From the NCBI GenBank assembly GCA_965644315.1, contig CBFFRQ010000031.1, positions 372,001 through 436,000 of the forward strand: 64,000 bases of DNA, in the 5' to 3' direction. Under the pieces are notes generated by a model. That model was not told where the DNA came from and made no database searches. It was given only the letters and a program-made list of their open reading frames with translations. The translations under genes were made by a program, and so were the position numbers. The stretch's first letter is position 1; each line of letters begins with the position of its first letter. Of the stretch, positions 43,801 to 52,800 are shown piece after piece. The stretch is from Caecitellus pseudoparvulus. Its lineage: Eukaryota; Protista; Bigyra: Bicosoecida.

Positions 43801-46800
43801 CCAACTTTGCAGGGGAAAGCGGCTGAGGCCCTGTAGCGGACTCTGCTGCGGCTTCTCTGCACCGCTTGATGAGCGCCATCGCGTTCGCAAATCGGGTCCG
43901 AGCTTTCTCCTCCATCGCCAGCTCCAAGAGCACGGGCGGCTCGTCGATCAGAAGTTCGCCGAGAACCGGCGAAGTTACACCCGAACTCAGGACTTCTCCT
44001 GGAACCACGGGTGTAATAAGCTCGGCTGACCCAGGAGGCAGTTTGTACCAGGGGATCGGTGGTAAGGTGATGCTGACTTTGTACGGGGACAGGCGAGTGA
44101 ATACTGGCACATGCGGGACTCCACCCACAGTGGAGCCTGCGTCAGCTTCAGACTTGGAGGTGCGCACAGTTTCGGGGTGTGGACACTGTCCAGTTGACTT
44201 CATAACACCACCTTCATCGTCATATGCAGCGGAGACTTGTGGCTTGAAGACACGAGACTCTTTTTTGTTTCCACACTCGTTTGCCAGGGTCTGCCCGTCA
44301 CTCTGGATCCGACGTACGCGAATCGCTCGCCGTTCATCGTACCAGAAGGCTGGGCGGCAGAAAGTTTGCGATGCTTCGCGTTCAATTTGCTCAACCTCAG
44401 AGGATCCTGCTAGAGAACGACGGCTGGAACTGAGAGAGGCCCCGGCAGCCTCGCGGTCTGCGTACGCAAGCGAAGCTGGGTCCAGGGGGGGTCCACTGCT
44501 GAGAGCCCCAGCCGACGAATCGGTGTGTACCGTCCAGAAAGCCTGAGCTGGCGGCCCAAACATGGCGAGGGTCGGGTCGAATTCAGAAGGAAGGCTTGCA
44601 AAGTTCGCTAGGGGATGGCCAGAATCCACGACCTCGCCTACGGGCGTCCAGAAAAGGATGCACTCAGCGTGGCGCCGCTGGACCAGCGCAGATGATACCG
44701 AAATCTCAGCGGCTGTGCTCGCTGGAGTCGAGCCAGCAACGCTGACAGTCGTAGTAGAGATGCTGGCGCTTGGAAGACCAGTGTATGCACTGGCTTCACG
44801 TCGGATAAAGGAGCAGACTTCGTCGTATCGCCCTTGGACAAGAGCAGAGCGAAGACCAGACACACGGCGCTCAGCTAGCACACTGCAGTCCGTCGAGAGC
44901 ACAAATGAAACCAATGCGGAGAACTGGTTTGCGTTCAGCACCACCCCTCGAGGAAGGTGGTTGCGCACGCAGCGCTCGGCATCTTGCACGTCAGCAAGCA
45001 AGAACGCCCGCGCCCTGTCCATGGAGATGGGCGAAGTTCCCAGGATAGAAGCAGCTTCGGCCACTGTGCTTGCGCCTTCCACAATGTGCCCGTACCCAAC
45101 AGACACCAGACCAGGCTCATCGTATGCGCCATGGTATGGTGCCAAGCGCCCTTGCAAAGTGGATCCACCGGCGTCTGCTCCCTCAAAGTGCTCAATCAAG
45201 GCCATGCCTTCAGGGCTGGTGGATAGCAAGCTCAAACTTGATGTTGCGGCGTGGCCGCCAGGCGAGCACAAGCCACCTCGACCTCCACAATGATCTGCCG
45301 TGGCAAGTGTTTTCAGGGGGCGGGTAACCCCACCACCATGCGACAGGAAGGGGTCTTGCCCATGGGGAGTGTATGTTGGCCCGCGAGCGCACTGGGTCCC
45401 AGTGGAACAAGCGCGGGTCTCAACCAGCGCAGGGCAGGGGCCGCCTACTGCACTTGTGCTGCTTGAACCAGGTGGTGCAGCAGTCACTGACCGTGACCGC
45501 GTGCTGATCCCTGTCCCACAGCTCACACTGCATGCAGACCAGTCTGACCAGCCCCCCACAATGCACGTGGACAGGGATCGCGCCAGGGAGCGTGCGTGGG
45601 GCGACATACCGCCTCGAGGGGGGGAGGGGTGCAGCTTCTCTGCCTCTCTCATGGCTACCACAGCATTCGCAGTGTGGATGCCTATGGCGGGCCCCATGCT
45701 GAAAATTTCCGCGTCACTCTCAAGGCGTAAGACGCGGCTGGGCCGTTCTTCAAGAATAGCGACGATCTCCGACTCAGCTGCTCCTGCTCCTTGCTCGGTG
45801 ACAATGAGGTGTGCTCCATCCTCATGCTGGAAGAGCGCTGTAGCTGGCCCTTCCAACTGCAGCAGACGCCGCGAGGTGCACTTTGCGTTCGTGAATGCAG
45901 GGTCAACGTGGCCATTTGGCAGGCCGGGGTAGGTCCACCAAGAGTTCGTGTCAGTTCGGGGATCAACCGTAGGCACTGCGCCCGTAAAGCCCCTGAACGC
46001 CTTGGACGGGTCAAACGTTGCCGAAGGCAGCGATGGCTGGTAAAAGCTGCGTAGTGGTGGGTCTTCTCCAGGAGGTGTCCAGAACAGAACGCACTCCATG
46101 TGTCGGCGTTGCACGGCGTCCTCATCCCAGCACCCTGGCGACGCGGGGCTTCCTTGAATGAAGGTACGCAAGCGCGGGCAAAACCCAGACCAATTGTCAC
46201 TGCTTATGCCAGCGTTGGCAGAGTCGGCAGCTGTCCATGCAGCAGGGCCGACATCGTATGCGAAGGCAACAAGGGCAGAGAACTGATTCACAGTCAAGGG
46301 CACACCTTCCCACTTCTCTGCTACCTGGCTCGCCAGCATCTCTACCGCCGCTCTCAGTCCCGCTTCGGCCTCTGCTTGGCTCCATGAACAAAAGGATGCG
46401 GCGCCTCCGCCCAAGCATTTAGAAACCTCTGTTTGCGCAGCAACCACGGATGGAAACTCACGCACAGGGCTGCTATACCCGTTTGTGATTAGCCAAGGCC
46501 GTGCTGTTCGATGAGAGCCTGCGGAGGAGGTGTAGGCCCAAGACTGGCGGATGAGCTCCATGGCGGCGGGCACAACGGTAGTTGTCGTGTGATCCACGGA
46601 CGCTTGGCCGTCCGAGACAGGGAACGGGCCGCACGCAAATCCGCGACCGCCACACCAATCGGCAAAAGCTGATGTCGGGCTGAATCGAACTGCTCCTCCA
46701 GAGCCATGGATGAGAGTGTTGGCAGGCCATGAGGCAGGGATACTTGTGGGTGGCGAGGAGCCAGGCAAGAATGGCCCGCCCACGTACGTCACACCGCCGT

Positions 46801-49800
46801 CAGCTCCGCGAATATCTTCTGCACTGCCTTGCGCGCCATTCAACGGCTTGTCGTCGGCATAAAGGTTGTTCGTCGCAGAGAGGAAGGTCCCCATGTCCTC
46901 CACTGCTGCCACATACAGCAAAGGAACAACGACAGTGTCCCAGACTGGCGCGCTAGACACCTCCTTCGCCCAGGCCATGAGCAGGTCTCTCGGGATGCCA
47001 CCTGCAGCTGCGATGGCCCTGCGCTGCTCCGACGGGGTGGAAGCCAGGAACGCCTGCAGTCCTGCTGGCAGCTCAGCAACCTGCTTGGGCGTAAGGACTT
47101 TGAGGCGCTCTCGCGCTTGCTCTAGAGTGCTGCCAACGGGTTCCTCCCATTCAGACTTGCCCTCGCCTTCTTGCGGGAAATCAGGTGGGCGCGTGATGCT
47201 GTGGAAAGCGGCAGCGTTCAAGGTGGTGTTGGGGAGGAACAAGTCGATGTTCAGCGTATGCCCTGTGTACTCGTTCCCCACATAGTTCCAGTCGCCGACC
47301 TCCTTTATCGGATCTGACGGGGAGCCAAGCAGCACATCGATGCCTTGCAGAGTGGGATGAGGTCGCGTGCGGAGCCATTCAAAGTTCTTCACAGAGTTTT
47401 CGTTCAGGTACTTTGCCGCGTGTGTGTAGTTTGAGGCCAAGCCCCGGACCAAGGCCGCGCGCATGAATGGGTTGCTCACGACGTCCTCAGCGAACGTGTC
47501 ACATGACGACTCAAAGGTGATGGTGACACCCCCACGCTGCAGGGCTGCTGCAGAGGGCAGCACCTGCCCGCTTTGGGCGACCAGTTCTGATGTGACCCTC
47601 ATCGGCCATGTTGTCAATGGAGTGACAGACACCTTGTGCATGCCGCCTTCGGGGGAGACCTCCTCAATGGTGGCAGTGTACGTCGCAGAGAACTCCTTCA
47701 CATCTACAGGCACGTCTTTAATGTCGCCGTAAGCTAGGCGATTTTCCGGGCTGCTCGGCTTCAAGGCTTGGCCTTCCCACAGAAGGGCGGTGTCGGCGCC
47801 CGTTTTGGCTGAGTGAACACGCGCGGATATGATCTCCTCAGACACGCCTAAGTTTGGGTCAGGGTTGCCACCCACTTTGGAAATCCCATCCACTAGTGGA
47901 CCAGATACAGGGAATAGAGACTGGAGTGCCGACGTGGGAACTTGGAACGAATCTGCGTCGGGGTCAGAGACCTTGAATGCAGCCGCGCCAGCTCTGTATG
48001 TGCGCTGCAGCTCCATCCAGTACACACTTAGCTTGTCAATGGGTTGGCGCCCAGCGATTGCAGTCAAGTTGCTGTTTCCACTAGTCTGAGCCGAGGCTTG
48101 TGTGCCAGGGGTGATTTGGTCCCCCCCTGCGACTCGCAGCGCATCCGGAAGCACGGGGTTTGTGTCGTCAGCACCAGCAGGCACGACAGTGATTGTGGAT
48201 GGTGCCCTTCCGCTGACAGAATCCAGACTGTTCGCAGGGTCATCTTCCATGGTGGGTAGGGGGAACAATTGTGTGCTCGCACGAGTGCTAATGCGCAGCA
48301 TGATGTTTGGGTCGCCAGCGTACAGACCTCGCACTGGTTTCGTCTTGATGCACACTCCTCGTGACCAAGTTGGCAGTCGCCCAGAGTAGAAGGCATACGA
48401 TTGGGAGGGCAGGTACGTGCGAGCACAGTGAGAGTCTCCGATGGCCTGCAGCGTTGCCCACTGTAAGGTCATATCAGCCACAAACAGCGACCGATCCTCC
48501 ACCCGGGTCCTTGGGACCTCAGAACTGCTGAAGCCTGCGGGAGGGACGCCGGAACCATCGTCACCGGCAGGATTGCCGCCAACTCCACCATCAACTGAGC
48601 CAGGGGATGTCGGGGGCGCATCTTCTGCTGCTTTGCTCGCCCCTTCTGCGCTCAATGCGTGGAGGGACAGAAATGCCATCGTGGGGGCCAAGGTCCTGCC
48701 TTCATGCTGCGTGCGAATGTCGCGCTTGGACTGACTCAAGATGCAAGATTGCACAGCTGAGCCATCGTCAGTAGATTCCTCGACAACCTTAGCCGCTGTG
48801 GGGGGAACTTTGGCTGGTTTGCAAGCCGAAGTAGCGTCATTTGCCAGGGTTTCTACCGGCAGGTACTTGCTGCGCAGGAAAGCAATGTCCGCACTGTCTG
48901 TCTTGGTGGAGAACTCGGACGGCAACCGCCACAAGGGGGTGTATGCGTATGACGCAAACAAGCGTGGGTGAACTTCAGCTGCAGCCATGGCTCCAGCATA
49001 GGGCTTGCCAGCTGTTGCACTAGAAGGGGCTGTTGGGATGTAGGCAGCTGCGATGCCACCGGCCGTGATCACACGTGGAGAGAGCGGAGCGTCGAAGAAC
49101 AGGGCGCTGTCCAAGGGCATGGAGAAGCGCTGCAGTACACCAGGCTTGACAGAAGCGATGGGGTAGACAGTTATGGTGGAATATGTCATCCACCTGCCAA
49201 CAGCCTCTACCTCGAGGAAGATGAAGCGCAAGCGCTGTGCTTCCCCTGGCTCGCCATCCTCTACAGGCTCTGTGGCCGCGCTGGTGTCAGAGAGGCCTCG
49301 CACCGTGCCGTTGCCCGCAGCATGCTTCGGATCCGAGGACAGGTCAGAGGTATAGAACTCGACGAAGTGTCCTTCTCGCCCCAGGCCACGCCCCACGTGG
49401 GGCGCGAAGCTTTCCTCCACAGCAGCTTTAATTTCGCTAGAGACCGATACTGTCAGCTCAGCATGCTTACGTAGCTTCCCGTCAAGGACTCTGACGCGTG
49501 TCTGGGCTGATGACGCCTTGGCCTTGTTTACAGTCTTGCCGTCCAAGCGCTGCTTGCACAGCTCAGCCCAGACATCGCTATCGATGACTTCGGATGACCC
49601 CGTTAACCCTGAGCGAGCACCACGGAAATCAACCACGAGCTGACCAGTGTCTTTACCCCCACCTTGATACTTAGGATCACTCCAAGTTCCAGATGGTGTG
49701 AACTGCACCGGTCTCAGGCCCAGGGCATCCACAAGAAGCTCTTGGGCAAGCCACAAGTCATCGCTGGGCGGCGAGGAGCTGGACAGCTGTGGCTTGGTGT

Positions 49801-52800
49801 CACATACACCAATTGGCAAGTGTGATGCATGGACAACAATGCGCTTGGCATCCACTGGGATGGGCACTGCGAAATAGCGTCTGCGCCCTCGAACGGCAGT
49901 AACTCGCTGGGGCCGCCCAGCGTGCATGGGCAGCACCTCGCTCACTGTGACGGAGCCCTGGAAGTCCTCGCCCACCTTGCTTTTTCGAGAAGGGTCTGGG
50001 AGGAGATAGGCACCAAAGTACCCGTCGAAGTTTACGTCGCGGCATCTTTGAGCCCATGGAGTGGGCACGCCCGCAGGTGATGCCTCCCCATCCACAGTGG
50101 CTTCGTCAAGGCACGGCACCCAAATGCGATCCGAGCCTGACATGGTGATTTGGGCAGTGTGCTTGCGACCTGGGACAGGCACAGTGTGGGGCTCATTCCA
50201 ACGCATGCTCTGCTTCTTCTTCTTGCCAGACACAAAGGAGTCCATGTTTGCCACGGCTGAGTTGAAGGCAGTGGTCAGGGGTGTGTTGGAGTAGTACACG
50301 TCCAGGTCTCCCTTCACCTCAGAAGTGGTCACAAAGAGCCCGATGGCTCGGTCAGAAATCACTGGCTGCAACAATGCGTGAGTCTTGCTGTTGTCCATGC
50401 AGCGCTGCTTTGCAGTGACCGTGATGGGCTTGTTCAGGAGCATGCCTCGCACCAGGTTCATGCCCACCGCGGCTTGGCACAACTCAACATTGGGCGTGAT
50501 GAAAGTCAAGAGGTTCCACTTGCCACCACCCGGTGCATGGAAACTGTGCCCTTCCACGCATACAGTCATCGCAGACACTGACCCGCTTTCGGCAGCTTTC
50601 ACGACATCGTTGACGCCGGATACGTGCACGAGCCGCCGGGAGGCAGCCTCAGAGTTCCAAGATTCTGGAGCAAGATCAAGGTGAGAGGCCCACATAGACG
50701 AGTTGAGATTGTGTGTAATGGTGTCATCGAAAGGCTCCAGGGAGAGGTGCAGGTTTACTTTCCCGATCACCTTCTTCGTGCTAGAAGACTGGTCCCACAC
50801 CGTTGTGTGCGACGTGACGTAGAAGTGCAGGGTGTCGTCCGGGATATCCAACTTGTACAGTGTTCTTCCACCAGCAGCGTGGTCGTCAAGGGTGCCCGCC
50901 AAAGAACTGCCAATGGCAGTCTTGATTGTTGAGCCAGCTCCGATGGGCATGGTGGCAACGTGCACTAACCCTGGCTCCAACTTGCGCAGTGGAGAAAACA
51001 GGGTGCTAAGCACCGCGTAAGTGGATCGATGGTTGAGTCGCCCTGCGTCGGTGAGCGTTTTTACTCGTGTAACCATTGCCGTTTTTGAGCTCTGCTGCCA
51101 GTACTCGCAGGTGCTGTCCTGCCCTTTGTGCCCCTCAGCGCTGGGTCCAGTCTTTGAGCACGACAGAGGCACAGTGCGAATGAAGGAATGGTAGAGGTCC
51201 TTTCCGAAGTAGCGCAGGGTGTTGGCGATCCACAGCTCGTGTCGCATGACGCCGCACCGATCGTACACTGGGAGCCGCGCGTACTTCTTTGGCGAAGGGA
51301 CTGCGTCGATGAACTCGTTTCCGTCTTCTTCGCGCCAGTTCTCGTCAGTTGCAGCGAATGGACCACTCTTATGCCACTCTTCCTGTGCAGAGGCCCGCTG
51401 TGACAGATCAGTTTGGAACACAACTTGCCCATCGTTGTTCTTATTCGCCCACTGTGGGTCGGTCCAGTAGGTGAACTGCAAGCTGGAATCGTATGCAGCT
51501 GGCACGTTGTTGAAAGACTCCAGTCGATGCGTGACAACCCCTAGTTCGTTCTTGAGGGGCGGGTGCAACCAGCCGCTTGAGCCGGGTACCGGGATGGGAC
51601 CCAGGCATTTCCATGCGACGGTTCGAGGGTACATCAGCCACCACGCCTTGTTGTATGATAGCTTATCACCTATGCCAGTGGACTTAAGCTTCTTCTGTAT
51701 CCACTCGTTCTTCTTGATGAAGGACACAAGTTTGGTGATGTCGCCATCGCCTCCCCCGCCGCCACTCTTGGCCTTGGTTTCCTGTTTAACTTTCACTTTG
51801 GCCAGTCCTGGGTTGTCTCGCTTCCAGTTCTTGTAGTCTCCACGCACCTCGTCAACCATGGCGCAATCTTCTTCAGAGCCTCGGCAGCTTGACGACTGCA
51901 AATTGCGCTTCACACGAGTCAGGAGACCGTCGTGCTTGGCAACATCAAGCGCCGCATGAACGGCTGCCAGGTGCCGGGCAGAAGAGAACGGGTCTTGCAG
52001 CGCATGTTGGCTTGGGGCGCGAAGCTCGACCAAGGTCTGCCCCAGAGCGCGACCATGAGCTGTTATTACGGCGTTCGATGCGTTCAGGACGATTGGAGCG
52101 TGCTGGTTCACCGCGTAGTCGCGTTGGTGGCGGACGTGCTCAAGTCGCAGGCGGTGAAGCGTGCGGGCGGAAGAAACAGAGCCGACCAATTCCACAGCTA
52201 CAAGGTTGTCCCCATCATGGAGCAGATGCAAGCCCGCATCTCCTTTGCCTGCCAACTCGTGCACAAGGGTATTGAACCCAGGGACCTTGCTCAGGGTCTC
52301 ATCGAGCTGATCATCTCCAGCCTCTACAACACGAACGGCCGCTTGGGGGTCAGGCATGCGGCTCCCCAACACGGTTCCATATGCAGCCTTCAGGGTCTCA
52401 GCAGTGCGTTGTGTTTGGCTTTGGGGTACTGAACCCGCATGCACTGAGTATACAGCAGCTTGAGTGTGCTCGTGCCCGGCACGGGCTCCAAAGTACGAAG
52501 AGACATCCCTCGCCAGAATAGGCTCACGGCCACCCTTGGCAATATCACGGAGCTGGCGGTGCAGTGCTGCATGACGAAGGCTATCTGCTGAAATGAAACG
52601 GTGCGAAATCTTGCGCCTCGTGGCTTTGGGGGCTTCCCACGGGAGCATTTCACCAGGCACGGCATCCACCTCCACTCCATCTGCGTCGAGGATGCGAACG
52701 TTCTCGCGCTCGAGAGGAACGCTTGACGGAGTAGGTGTCTCGTCAGACAGACGCCTAGCGGCAACTTTGCGCCACAGCGCCCCATGTCCAGGGGCATGAT

